The notes: generated by a model not told the origin, from the letters alone. Shown: positions 43,017 to 58,127, counted from the first letter of the stretch. The stretch is 64,000 bases of DNA from Eledone cirrhosa (GCA_964016885.1 OZ024742.1:88040001-88104000); one strand, 5' to 3'. Program-made: numbers and translations.

Positions 43017-45707
43017 CATGGAAAGTTATATTTAAATTGTTGGGTTACAACTAGTAAATATTTATAACTGATATAAAAGCACTCGACAAGTATTTGGAGT
43101 ATATTTACAATATTAAATATTTACAATATTAAATATTTACAATTTTTTTAATTACTTTAATCTTAAAATAGAAATTGAGAACAACCATAGAATAGTCAAT
43201 TTCCTAGATATAACATTAAATCTCAACATATGTCTTCACTATCCTTTTCACAAGTTGAATGAAAACTTAAACTATGTCAACTTTAACTTTAACCACCCCA
43301 GATCTGTCAAAAACACTATAGTAAACTCTGTTCAAAAACGTATCTCTAGGATCTCGTCGAATAGAAAGATTTTCGACGAAAAAGCCCAATACTACAATGA
43401 AGCATTAGCTAGAGCAGGATATGCTGATAAGATTGTGTACATAGATAATGATAGACAAACTAAACAAAATAACAACTATTTTAATTACGGCAACAACCTT
43501 AACAACTATAATAGAAAGCATTACAATAATTCCAAAGGCCAAAAAAGAAATAGAACTAGGAACATAATTTGGTTTGCCCCCCCTTTCTCACTAAACATTA
43601 AAACCCACATCGCTAAACTATTTTTTAAAGCTCTTGATAATCGCTTCCCTAGAACACATAGGTATCACTCAATTTTCAATAGACATACAATTAAATTAAC
43701 CTACTCATCCACCAAAAATTTAGCACAAAATATTAATAGAATAAATAATAGGAACTTAAAACCTAGTGATAATAGCATAAATAATATACAAGTTAACAAA
43801 TGTAACTGTAGAGATAGATCTAAATGTCCGCTAAATAACAACTGCTTAGTTAAAAATATAGTATACAATTGTAATGTTAATACTGACTCTAATTCTTTTA
43901 ACTACGTCGGTTCCACATCGACGGAATTTAAACTTCGCTATAACAACCACAAGAATCTTTCTCAGATCCAAGCAAAAAATCTTCAACGGCACTATCAGGC
44001 GTACTCTGGCAACTTAAGCTAGATAACGTTAGATATTCGACGGCTTGGAATATAGTCTCAAGAGGGATTCCTTTTAATTCATCCTCTGAGACATGTGACC
44101 TCTGCGCAGAGGAGATATTCTTTATACTAAAATCTAAAAATTCCCTTAATCTACGGACAAATTTATTCAGTTGCTGCAAACATAGATTAAACTCAACGTT
44201 TAAATATAAATTTAAATTTAAAATGTAGTATATTTAGTTTGATTTATAATTATATGGGAAACTAGCCGATAAATCTTTGATTCCTTCTTTTTATTCTTTT
44301 TATTTTTATTTTTATTTTTATTTAAACATTCTTCATGAAAAATTAAGCTACCCTAAAAGTTGATGCTCCAAATATTTTGAATAAACGTTACACTAGATAC
44401 ACTTCTATATTAAATATAAGAACACATGTAGACCAAATGGGCATCCTAAACTTTTTGAAATGATCTTTGCTAGATGCGATTTGATAGATAATTTTTGGCT
44501 TTATCTGTTTTTCGACTCTGATGCTTATAATGAACTTGGCAATATATTGTCAATTAATTTTGAAGGGTTGATCTTTGTTGTTTATTTTTATTTTTTATTA
44601 TTGTAGTATTTTCTAATATTTTTATTTTTAATATTTTTTAATATGTAATATTTCTAATATGTAATATTCTTTCGTAATATTTTTTAGTTTTCTATTTTAT
44701 TATTACTTATTATTATTATTGTTATTTTTTAGTTTTGTTTCTGATATATATTTTTATTAGTATATTGAAATCTTCTCTCTATTTCTGCTTGATAGATAAT
44801 CTTGTAGAGTAAAGACAGGAATAGTAATATTGACTCTATATATATGTGTGTGTATATATATACACATATATGTATACTTAAATTTTTATACCACAATGAG
44901 AATGTTTTCCGTGAACTTAGGGTTTGCAGAGTTGATCATGTAAATTCACATAGATGTTTGTAGTTATCACATAAACATATGAATTTTTTTAAAAACTAAA
45001 CATAAGATCATTAATTTTCACACTTTATGGATACATGTCTCATTCAGGAATACTGATATTTACAATATAGTGGCTGGTTTTTATAAATACTAATACCTCT
45101 ACATTAAAACATAGGGTTTTTTACGCCTCGCCTATGCCTGGTTATTTTTAAATTTTTTCTCTCTCTATATTTTTTCTCTCTCTATATAACAGCTGGTTTC
45201 TCTCCATATATCTCCCTTACTAGAGCTAAATAAATAAATAAATAAATAAATGTATCATTGATACGTTTACTCAACAGACGTCCCACTACCTAGTTTTCTA
45301 TATATATGTATCTATCTCTATTTCCTCTCTCTCTCTATATATATATATATATATCTGTTTCTTTACATGAAGTTCTTCTCTTTATCTATCTTTCCATCTC
45401 TCTATTTTGTTCCATGCATTTCTTCTTTTTCTTCTTTTTCTTCGTTTTCTGTCTTTCTTTCCTTTTTTTCTCTCTTTTTTCTCTCTTTCTTTCTCTCTGT
45501 GTACAATTTTTTCACTGCCAATTCAACCTTTTCAAATACAAGACGATGTTGTTACGGTATGTCGAATCTATTTATCTATAAAACTGTTTATATTGTATTT
45601 TGTCTGAGGAAGGCATAGCATATTGTTAATATGTTATCCCTGAAATATATATAATGAAATAAATATGGTTTTATAAATATAGTTTCCATTTATTTAATAT
45701 TGTATAT
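43017..45707 (+). mobile_element. 5'-truncated Hydra-like PLE with its tail inverted at the 5' end
   Basis: ORF remnant ~43140-44228 (NFLDI, IIWFAPP, CNCRDRSKCPL, IVY...YVG, CDLC). Canonical HHR at 45596-45661. 43019-43105 is an inverted homologue of the tail at 36000-36095. Confidence 0.88.
45596..45661 (+). ncRNA. Type I hammerhead in the PLE pseudo-LTR
   Basis: UAUUUUGU-CUGAGGA-[long stem II]-GAAA-UAUAUA-UA-AUGAAAUA. Confidence 0.75.
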
Positions 45708-45734
45708 ACCTATATATATATTTATATATATATA

Positions 45735-45777
<43 letters not shown>

Positions 45778-45789
45778 ATATATATGTAA

Positions 45790-48700
45790 TATAAGATCAA
45801 AAGATGGTTAAAGGAGTTCCATATATTTTATTATGCGCATTTCAAAAACAAACATCATCACGCAATAATATTTGTGTTTTCATTAGATAAAACAGGAGAA
45901 CATGATATGAAGGCTAAAAAACACTTGTGGATAGTTCAGTTTTAAATCAACATATGAAAAGTGGTTTTAGATTGATGTGCGATATTGGGAAAAATATTTT
46001 ATTTAGAGAGGGGGGAGGATGAAAAGGGAAGGAGATGAGAGGGAGAGATGGGTGATAGAGAGAAAGAGATAGTTTTTATAACTGAGAGGAGATATATTTT
46101 TTACATAGAGAGGTTGAAAACCGTTGGAAGATACTGTATAAATTAAAAATTTTGAAAATTAACGAAGGGAGGATATGTGCGAGGAAAAAATATTTTATTT
46201 AGGGAGGGGGGGGGAAGGATGAACAAAAGGGGGAGGAGATTAGAGTGAAGGTGGAGAGGGAGAGATGGGTGATAGAGAGAAAGAGATAGTTTTTATAACT
46301 GAGAAAAAGATATATTGTTTTAATATAGAGAGGTTGGGAACCGTTGGAAGATAATGTATAAATTAAAGGAATTTGAAAATTAACGAAGGGAAATTATGTA
46401 TGAAGATAGAGAGAAAAACATAATAATTGTGGGTGAATATTCTAACGTCAAAAAAAGAAATGTATGTATTGTGGCAATTTCAAAATTAACGAAGAGAAAA
46501 ATTATTAAGGTTTGTGTGTAGAAGGATTTGAGAAAAATAATGTGAAGTTAAAGTTTGTATATTGATTGAATTGATAATATATGCGAATAAAGAGTTAATA
46601 TGTATTAATAATGAGTTCGTTGATGGGGAGAAAAAAATAATAATAAGTTAAGGATGAAATTGAGATTAAAAAGATTTATGATAGAGAGAAAAAATAATAA
46701 TGATTGCGGATGAATATTCTAATGTCAAAACAAATGTTATGATTTTACAAGGAGAAGATAGAATGAGGGTAATGAGTAAACGAGTATTATAGAGTGTATA
46801 ATGCCCTTTAAAGTAAGGTAGATGGGTATATTTTAAAGAGGTGTATGTATATGTGCCTTTCAGAAAAGATTCTAAATTGATAAAGAATTGAATATTAACT
46901 GTATACTTTGTGAAAAGTTCTATGGAATGTATGCAGGCAGATAGAAAACAAATCTGTGCGTCTATTTATTATAGAATCTAGGTTAGAGATAATGGTAAAT
47001 TTTTCATTTAGGCAGAGATTACAGATTTTAGATAGAGAGCTGTTCAAGTATGAGGATGCAGAAGAAATCTTCTTCCAAAAGATGGTATATTTAATGTTTT
47101 TGTCTTTTAAGGACCATATGAGTTCTGAGAGAGCAGTGTTAGTTCTTTTAAGTTTGTATTTGAAAGATGAATGATGATTATAGCGACGAGCTTTAAAAGA
47201 GGTGGAAGTGGAGCCAAAATAGGTGAAGGAATTGGTGCTAGTTATAATTTTACATTCATAAATTAAGTTTTTATCGAGACAATGGTTGTTGAGAGGACAT
47301 TTATTTTTAATGCGGCAGTTGCAATTAGAGAGATTATTAATGAGTAATCTAGTGTTATCTATAGAAGGAATTGGATTGGAGAAGTTGTTTGCGATAGGAA
47401 TAATAGGAATAATAGTTTCTTGATTTAGAGTTGGATTATGAACATTTAGCGAAGTTGTGTTTGACGTTGTATTTGGGTTTACAGAAGTTAGCCTAGGGTT
47501 TATAATGACGTCGGGAGTACTATTACTGTTATTATGAAATTCAATATTGGAAGGAAGAGATTTAGTATTTAGTATTTTATTGTTGTGTTTAGAGATGATG
47601 TTGGAAATATTGGAGGATGTAGAATACGAAAATTTGATGGTGTGTTTGTTAAATATTTTACTATAGATATGTGAGGGAGGGAAGCATTTATTTAAGGCAC
47701 TAAAAAATAATTTAGGAATATTGTTATTAATAGAGATGGAGAAAGGAGCATTATACCAGATTATGTGTTTGTATCTAGGTCTTTTATTAAAATTATTGGA
47801 ATGGTCATGATTAATTATTCTACTGTAAGTTTTTCTAGAATTTGTTTCTTTATTATATTTGATTTTATCTGGATAGCCGGCTTTAGAAAGTGCGTTATTA
47901 TAGTAATTGGCGTTAGCATCAAAGATGTTTTTATTAGAAGATATGTTAGATATTCTATTTCCAATATTATTAACTATAGCATTCTTGATATTGGTAGGAT
48001 GGTTAGATTTAAAGTTAACATAATTAAGGTTCTCATTGTTTTTATGGTAAGGGTAATATAGGCCAGTGTCAAAATTAAGAGATACATCCAAGAAATTAGC
48101 TAGTTTGATACTATTATCAAATTCAATTTTTAGGTTATGTTGGTTAAAGAGATTACGTATATTGTTCTTAATAATATTAAGTTTAACTATATTGCAATTT
48201 AGGATAGTAAAGAGTCCATCGTCACGATAAATTCCACCGCGAAGTTGAGGAATTTTCCGACTCAAAGAGTTCAAAATGAAGATACCAATTAAATCAGTCA
48301 ATTGGGATGAATCGGATGCTCCCATTGTGATGTCGAAGTTGTTAGAGGTATCGGCTCTGGTCCAATATTCGTTGTTGAACTCTAGGATGGTTTTACGTGC
48401 GGTGAGGATAATGTGAAGTTCATCTGTGGTGATGTCAGAATATTTAAGTGCGAAAGATAGAGCATTATTGAGAAGTGAAGGCGAAATGGAGGAATAGTAG
48501 CTGGCAATATCAAATTGAATAAATTTTAGTTTGTTTTTATTATCCAATTTGTTGAACCAGCCAATCACTTCAGAAGTACCAAAACATAAATTTAGGTTCA
48601 AAGAAGAGCAATTAGAACTAACCTGTGGGATAATCCTATCCAAGATGGCTTTACTAACAACCCCCAGATCAGATTTAGAGGGGGCGATTAATCTAACAGG

Positions 48701-49471
48701 TAGTTCAGTGCGAAAATTGTTTTTGTGATCCTTGAGATTTATCCTCGGAGTTCTTGGGAGGAATGGTTCGGTCTTTTTTTCAATGCCAAGTTTTGACATA
48801 ATCTCATAGGCTTCAAGGTTTATGCATTCTAAATTTTCATGGTTGGTTTTACGATACTTTTTCCTAAGTTCCTTTAGGATAAGGTTGTTATAATTATCCT
48901 TGGAAATACCATATAGGTTATTGGTTTTGTCAGAGTGGACTAAAACATTTTTTGAGGAATTTAGGTTAGAGATTGTGTTCTTGAGATTTACAAGGTGCTC
49001 TTGTCCTTTGTAAGGGTATCTCTTGAATTTAAGATTTTTTATTATTTTAGTTAATTCTTCCTCGAATTGTACTAGTTTTTGTTGGAAGGAGGATTTCGTC
49101 TAGAATTAAAAAGATGATCGAGGAAGTTGTGTTCTTTGGTATGAAAGTTCCATTTTAGGCGCTGGTCATAGAAATAGGCTGTCCATCTAAGTCTTCTTAC
49201 GAAGGAGTCAGTTTTTTCAATAAGAAGTTTGGTGAATTCAGATTTACCAGGTATAGGAATGTCTTTAGTTGAATTGGTTATGTTGTAATAATCCATGTTG
49301 TAGAAGAAGAGGTGAAGGACCATCAAAAGGTATCCAATATGAGAGTAAGCGCTCAACCGTTAAGGAGAAAGTTAATGTAGGAGGTGAGTTTTATTGTAGT
49401 ACAATAATGCAATGCAGATATGCAAATATCTGCATTGCTTTATTGTACTACAATAAAACTCACCTCCTACA
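45790..49471 (-). mobile_element. Full-length Hydra-like PLE with a terminal 5' hairpin
   Basis: Single long ORF, an HHR-like motif at 45825-45893, a 3' UTR with purine-rich direct repeats (~45990-46400), and a fold-back at 49377-49471. Confidence 0.92.
46895..49296 (-). CDS. PLE RT + GIY-YIG protein, ~800 aa, with one frameshift in an A-run at ~49076-49080
   Basis: MDYYNITNSTKDIPIP...; SDKT; FDIASYY; TMGASDSSQ; YRDDGL; CNCRIKNKCPL; LIY...YFG; CNLC. Adding one A joins the 94-aa ORF to the frame of the 634-aa ORF. Confidence 0.85.
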
Positions 49472-50635
<1,164 letters not shown>

Positions 50636-51001
50636 AAGTTAAATAAAATTCAAATGGTTAATATTTAGCTTCGTTTATTACTCTCTATATATATCAGTGA
50701 CAGCCATCTTTGGCTGTGACCTCTTCAGGCAGTTTGAATTAGTATGGTATAGACCAGTACATATGTTGTTTAGGTGTATAATATTGTCAATACTCTGATA
50801 TTCTCAGTTCCTTGTTGGGTTGTTATTTCAATGAGGAACTGGAGTCATATATATAGCAGTGACAAACGAAGCTACATATTAATCATTTGACTTTTATTTA
50901 ACTTTATTCTACACTACTCCGGAGTAACCAAACCAACCTGCGCACTTCGTCGTGTGCTCCAGCCTGCATACTGAGGTGTTGGTACACACCCAACATAAAC
51001 T

Positions 51002-51003
<2 letters not shown>
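50636..51003. mobile_element. Fold-back mini-PLE with a decayed HHR (50680-50733, -) and a one-sided tail
   Basis: Arms at ~50636-50692 / ~50849-50905. Ribozyme remnant ACUGC-CUGAAGA-...ACAGCCA/UGGCUGU... Confidence 0.7.
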
Positions 51004-51064
<61 letters not shown>

Positions 51065-51272
51065 GCATGTGAGAAAAACCACAGACCCTCCATCTCAACC
51101 TCACCTTTTGAAAAGCAGAAGAACTGCGAAACCAGTAAAGGAACCAAATAAATACATATATTTAAAAAAAAAAAAAGACTCCAGTTGCATTTTCGATTTC
51201 ATCTCTTTTTCTTTATACTTTCACTCGTGTAGGACACCTTGGTTATTTTTCAATTTGTAAAAAAAACCTCAC

Positions 51273-51280
<8 letters not shown>
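51065..51280 (+). mobile_element. Solo Neptune-like pseudo-LTR with a U3-A8 HHR
   Basis: Reverse-complement match to 24426-24637; sits inside (TA)n. Confidence 0.88.
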
Positions 51281-51311
<31 letters not shown>

Positions 51312-53733
51312 CATATATATATATATATATATGGTGGGTGCAATAATAGTTATATAGTTATGTAGCTATTATTGAGCTGACATCTAAGACTATGAGCGTG
51401 TTAGCGGTGTAAGTGTTTGTATATTTTATGCTTGGGTTTGAGTTTGTGTGTGAAACGCTGATTCCTTGCTGATAAATATATTTTGATATTTCCAGTCGGC
51501 ACATAGTTGAATTTTGAAATGTGTGTAATGTATTTTTGCTGCTATTGTTCAAACGATAAATGAATCATCGTAATATTATTTTACAATTGTGTCTATGGTT
51601 CACTGGAAAAAATCCTTGCTTCAATAAACACTCAACTTCCTGTCTTCATCGAATATGTACTGTATTTAAATTGTTTAATTTGTTTTAACCACAATGTAGA
51701 GTCAAGACCCTTTCACTGAAAACCACCCCATCCTTCTATCGAGCAAAGCAAATATAAGACTCCTTCATCGAATGATATGTGATGAATTCCATTTTCATTT
51801 GATTAACATTTGAAGGCTGTTTCTATTCCTTAATTGTCGAGTTATCATGTCGATACATCGAATCTTCTGGAAGCCAGATCCAATTTTAATTCAACTGTGT
51901 AATATAATATTGTATTTGATTATGCATCACATATTAGTGTATAACGCTATTGATATTTCCATAACAAACATCTACAATCTGATATATCCATAACCGTTCT
52001 GTGTGGGTATCAACTAATCCAAAGGAATCGAGGTAGTTATACATATAGCCTACCCGAATTTAGAAATCCAAGTTTATATAGCCAATATTGTGTGAGAACT
52101 ATGCCGTTAAAATGTTGGGAGTTGTGACGTCGGTTCGGTGGGTTTGTAAAATGCAGATATGGAGAAGTCGCGTCTGCCAATAGATAGGAATCTCCAAATC
52201 GTTTAATGTGTGAAATGTTATTTTACCCCTAGTTACATCTAGTTACCAGTACTTATATCATCCTTGTTTCATCTAAACATGTAACCCCAATAACTCCATA
52301 TTACGATGGCTTAAATCTGCATTCAAAATCGTAAATATTTTGACAAGAATATCAAATACTGAATTAAATATTGACTTTTCATTTCCTTTTTAATTTCAGT
52401 CCCTTGAATGATTATCAGCTTATGCATCTTAAAGGTTTCATGGTATTTCGAATATTATCATTAAAACAAGATGAAGTCCTAGAGATGAATTGTTTCAACT
52501 CCAGTTGCAGTTGTAAATCAGGAACAATCTTTTGAACATCAAATAGCGATATACCTAACAACTAACATCGTACTATATCTGCATATTCAGGAATGTGTGT
52601 ATTATTTCAGTCCTGAAATATTAAAACAAAAGAAGAAATGTACATAAAAAGAAAAAAATATGAAGAAGCGAAGTAGCTGGAACGAAATAGAGAGGAAAAG
52701 AGTGAGAGATAGAGGAGAGGGAGAGAGAGAGAGAGAATGACATAAATGGAAATAAATTACGTCTCTTAATTTAATTTTGACATGTAAATTTTATTAAAAT
52801 CTTTATTTTAACTTGCTTGCATTATTTTATGAAGTAAACAAAAAAATTAAGAATACTGAATATCCTTTTATTCCAGAATCAGATTTCTTTCATGCACAGT
52901 TTTTATCGATTAATATCAATCAACCTCGAATATATTTCCAGGAACATTATACAACATGGTATTTCTTCATAGCGAATAATTATTATAATAATGATATTAT
53001 ATGAAATTAGTCACACCATCATTATAATGCAGTCATAACTGCCTTTCTGAAACAAACATCTATGATAAATATAGATTTCCAGGCTTTAATTTTGATTGGG
53101 TTTCAATATTTCTCCTAGAAGATGTGAAGCTCATTCATAGATCACTGATTGCTTAGCTTTCTATTGCTGAATTGCAATTTAGATACGCTCTTTTACGAAA
53201 TTACACTCCTTACTTAATATGAACCAAACGGCATCTAAATTTTGAATAACTGATTCATAACATGTTTTCAATTTTAAATTATGCTTCATATTTTAAATGA
53301 TTCTGTTTTATATATGAAATAAATGATTCTATTATAAAAGGGATTGAAGCCAAGAAATGATACCTTCTGACATTTATGAATATGTTGAGAATATAGCTAA
53401 AATAGTTGAATATATCATGCCATGGTTTCTTTTTGGCATTACGTTCCATCACCACAATGGTGTGATGAAAAAATATTCCGATGTTATATTAAAATAGAAT
53501 TCAATTAAAACTATTTATCTCTCCTCTCCCCAATTACAATTTATATCTCCTTCACTAGTCCTACAACAAAAACATCTCGAGGAACAAAGACATTTAAAGT
53601 ACACAATGTATGTTAATGCAATGTCCATAAGAAATCCAATTAAAATATTGTATTGAGAGGGGAATAAAGTTAGTGAATGGTAGGTTTTATGTTCGCAATA
53701 TTTTCTTAATTTAATAAATGCAATGTGCGCATT

Positions 53734-53734
<1 letters not shown>

Positions 53735-53764
<30 letters not shown>

Positions 53765-53913
53765 AAGAAGAAGAAGAAGAAGAAGAAGAAGAAGAAGAAG
53801 AAGAAGAAGAAGAAGAAGAAGAAGAAGACGACGAAGAAGAAGAAGAAGAAGAAGAAGAAGAAGAAGAAGAAGAAGAAGAAGAAGAAGAAGAAGAAGAAGA
53901 AGAAGAAGAAGAA
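53735..53913. repeat. (AAG)n microsatellite
   Basis: Read directly from the sequence. Confidence 0.98.
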
Positions 53914-54141
53914 ATATGATGTAACAATGTTTTTATATTTACCGAGTGAATTGTCACGTACAATTTAATACACTCGCATCAGCCCATGAAAGAATCAACA
54001 GCGACCAGATTGTCGAATACCGGTAAAAAGCAACTGTCTGTTCGGAAATGAATTTTCTATTTAAGCATATATTTCTCTCGCCTTTAAAATACATTTCAAT
54101 ACAATGTTGTTTTCTACGACCACCCCATTATACGATAATAA

Positions 54142-54206
<65 letters not shown>

Positions 54207-54428
54207 TATTTTCCGTTGTGTTGTAATATAAATATTACACACAGTAGATTATCAGCTCACGTAGAGTTTGCTCGACGGTTCCAGTTGTAGTTCCAAAAGT
54301 AATCCGGAGAAAAATAGAAAGATTTGAATGGATACAGTTTGTAGATAGCAGCTGTTTTAGGTTATGTAACTGTTATAGAAACACGTGTCAATAAATTCCT
54401 TTCAACTAAACTGTATCCATTCAAATCT

Positions 54429-54498
<70 letters not shown>

Positions 54499-54585
54499 TC
54501 TCTAAATTAGGGATATTTCTGCGTAGTCGACATAGGGCCAGTGATATGAAAATAAGGTACATTTTGGACAACAACTATTTAATAC

Positions 54586-54702
54586 AGTCTGAGTTCAAAT
54601 CCCGCCGAGGTTAACTTTGCTTTTCATCCTTACGGGGTCAATAAAATAAAGTACCAGTAATGTGCTGGTAGTTGCTGGCATTCTGCCTAAAGTAGAAACA
54701 AT
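54586..54702 (+). mobile_element. 5'-truncated SINE
   Basis: Runs from the B box through the tail of the same family as 15926. Confidence 0.85.
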
Positions 54703-55058
54703 TATTTACTAAGAACATGTTCATTGTCATTGAATAATTATATGTACTAAATATATAAAAATATTCTGAACTGGTAAATCTTCCACTCTAAGTATATGTA
54801 TCATGACAGACTGAGAAACGACTCTCTGAAGCAATACATAGGTCAGATTTGACATAACAATCAATACATCCTAAACATTTTGGAAAAGATCCTTAATTTT
54901 AACAATATCAATTTATAGAATATAATACGCTTTTATCGAGTGATTAAAAATACATAGCGTCTGAAGAATATTAAAACAAACAGGGAAAATGATTGAGCAT
55001 TTAATTTCAACATGAAATATACTTAGAACAGAATCAAAACACGTGTGACGAAATTAAT

Positions 55059-55239
55059 TGTTTCTACTTTAGGCACAAGGCCAGCAATAACCCAGTGCAT
55101 TACTGGTACTTTATTTTATAGACCACGTAAGGATGAAAGGCAAAGTCAACCTCGGCGGGATTTGAACTCAGATCGTAAAGGGACGTAACTTTGCTGGAAA
55201 GCATGGCGTCCGACCCTCTAACGATACTGCCAATCTACC
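55059..55239 (-). mobile_element. Full-length SINE with a 14-bp TSD
   Basis: TSD GTGACGAAATTAAT at 55045-55058 and 55240-55253. Confidence 0.9.
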
Positions 55240-55784
55240 GTGACGAAATTAATGTTGCCTAGTTGCATTAATTATTTATGATGAATGTATCCGCTTTACA
55301 CTGACGGTGATGAAAATATTAATGATAACATATATGTGCAAGCCAGATGTCAGCTATTTTACACAAATATCTTCATAAAGAAATCATCTTCACATGATTG
55401 TTCAGTTGTTTACATCAAGCAAGATTAACCTAATTATCTTACTGACGATGACACACATTATGTTTTAAAAGGTTACTAAAATAGTCACGGAAACGACTGC
55501 ACAGAATAATTTGAATTAAACATGCATATTAGTTAATGTTTTGTTTTATAAATTCTACAATTGTACGCTTTGTGAAAACTTGAAAGTACCTTATACAAAA
55601 TCAAATTTAAGAAAACATCATTGTATATTGCCTGAAAGTGTATTGTGAATTCGGAGGTTGGGGTGGTGCAGCTGGTGTTCTTTGTATCATTTCCAAATAT
55701 ATGTTTGGAATTGATTTGTATTAAAGCAACTGGTATGTAAAAATGCTGAGATATTGACATACATTTTTGCATCTCAAATTCTTC

Positions 55785-55878
<94 letters not shown>

Positions 55879-55882
<4 letters not shown>

Positions 55883-56160
55883 AACGAGTAGGACCCCGAC
55901 GGCTGAGCTCAAGCCGTTTCGATGGCTAATTCAGGATTAAATGAAAATTTTTAGCCTGGTATATGAATAGCTGAGCTTCTCAGGGGTTTATTCATATACC
56001 AGGATAAAAATGTTCATTTAGTTCAGAATTAGCCGTCGAAACGACTTGAGCTCAACCGTCGGGGTCCTACTCGTTCCTATTACCCACTCTACTACCCTAA
56101 GTATTGACTACTTTGGTGCGTTATGGTCCACCTGGTTCCTTACCACATTTCCTTCGTTAT
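55879..56160. mobile_element. Fold-back element (~90-bp arms) with an ~80-nt one-sided tail
   Basis: 55879-55970 pairs with 55988-56079. A related fragment lies at ~3875-3912. TA-flanked. Confidence 0.8.
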
Positions 56161-56163
56161 ATA

Positions 56164-56194
<31 letters not shown>

Positions 56195-56299
56195 GTAAGT
56201 CCTTATGGGAAAAAATACCATGCAGTTTTAATGTTTAGATTCGGAAGAAACAAAATAAATGAATATAACTGCCTCTCTCTCCATATATATATACATATA

Positions 56300-58122
56300 T
56301 ATTTATTAAAATAACAGATTAAAGTTTAAGCAAATAATCGCTGCTCGCTGCTTTCACCCTTAACGGGATCTTCTGAAACTAACAAAGTCAATCTGTAAAC
56401 GCAGAAGTGGATATTTCAAAAAACGTTGCAACCGGAGGAAGACAGGAAGACGATACTTTTGTTCGTGGAAACGTTCTCTGGCAAAGAACGGGAAAAAACG
56501 AATATAATACGTCATTAATAGGAGCGGTGAAAAACAATTACGCGCAAAGACAGAACCACGTTTATGGTATAAAAGAAGTCGTAGACTAATTTTCTCTTAG
56601 GTGGTTCATAGAGACGTTCTCTGGCAATGAACGGAAAAACGAATATAATACGTCATATGTGGGGCGTGGAGAACAATTGCACGCAAGACAAAACCACGTA
56701 AATGGTATAGCTGAAGTCGTAGACTAACATTCTAATTAGGAAACCGAATGAATCTCCGCTCCAGAGTTAAGAATAAAGTAAATAAAATACAATACAGAGG
56801 TAATAGAAAATAAATAAATACATACACGCATGCAAATACGTACATATACAAGCATACGCGAAAAAACTTGCCATCGGTATACAAAACCACGCACATATAA
56901 ATATGTGTGTGTGTGTGTGTGCGTGTATACAAATAAATAAATAATTAAATAAACGTATATAAATAAATAAATATGTAAACATAAATTGCACAAAACTTTC
57001 CTGTATTACAGCCCCACGTTAAACCCTAACTGATAGTACGATCTATACGTGGATATTTTACGTCTTGATGTGGAAGCTCAGTATAGGTTATGTTTATACC
57101 ATTACTTATTTGCATAGGTAAGTATATATTACCTGTATGTTTTGTGAAGGTACTTTCTCGTATGTATATTTGATTGTATATGTTATGGCGTATACTTTTT
57201 TATATATTCTGGTACATATTGTTTGGTTATGCGTATACGGGAGTTTTGCGTCTGTGTGAGTATGTAGGTTCGTACGTATATAGGGTGTGTGTATTGTGTA
57301 CTTCATGTTTTGGTTGACGTCGTCTCCGAACATTTGTGTATTTACATATAGGTATGTGTGTGCGCTTGTTATATACGTATTTATTTATTTATATACGTTT
57401 ATTTAATTATTTATTTATTTGTATACACGCACACACACATATTTATACGTGCGTGGTTTTGTATACCTATGGCAAGTGTTTTCGCGTATGCTTGTGTATG
57501 TACGTATTTGCATGCGTGTATGTATTTATTTATTTTCTATTACCTCTGTATTGTATTTTATTTACTTTATTCTTAACTCTGAAGCGTAGATTCATTCGGT
57601 TTCCTAGTTACAATTTTGGTCAACGACTTCAGCTATACCATTTACGTGGTTTTGTCTTTACGTGCAATTGTTCTCCACCCTCCACATATGAGGTATTATC
57701 TTCGTTTTTTTCCGGTCATTGCCAGAGAACGTCTCTATGCACCACCTAAGATAACATTAGTCTACGACTTCTTTTATACCATAAACGTGGTTCTGTCTTC
57801 GCGCGTAATTGTTTTTCACCGCTCCTAATAATGACGTATTATATTCGTTTTTTCCATTTCTTTGCCAGGGAACGTTACCGCGAACCAAAGTATCGTCTTC
57901 CTGTCTTCCTCCGGTTGCAACGTTTTTAGAAATATCCACTTCTGCGTTTACAGATAGACGCTGTTAGCTTCAGAAGATCCCGTTAAGAGTGAAAGCAGCG
58001 ATTCTTTGCTTAAATTTAATCTGTTACTTTAATAAATATTTGCTATACAGTTCTTATATATTTGATATATATTTATCCTTATCGAGCCCTCTTTGGATTT
58101 TAGTCTTCACATTTATTATTTT

Positions 58123-58127
<5 letters not shown>
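56300..58127. mobile_element. Non-coding element with ~680-bp inverted arms, an internal ~140-bp duplication and an ~85-nt tail
   Basis: ~56300-56985 is the reverse complement of ~57375-58040. Duplication at 56473-56590 / 56616-56728. Confidence 0.85.

Noticed and set aside
51360-52620. Possible decayed exon on the minus strand after a TTTCAG acceptor-like site
   Set aside because: The frames I translated have stops, and I could not recognise a protein family.
55970-56055. Intact hammerhead in the 55.9-kb fold-back
   Set aside because: Stem I and GAAA...UU are present, but the CUGANGA box is not recognisable; at most a remnant.
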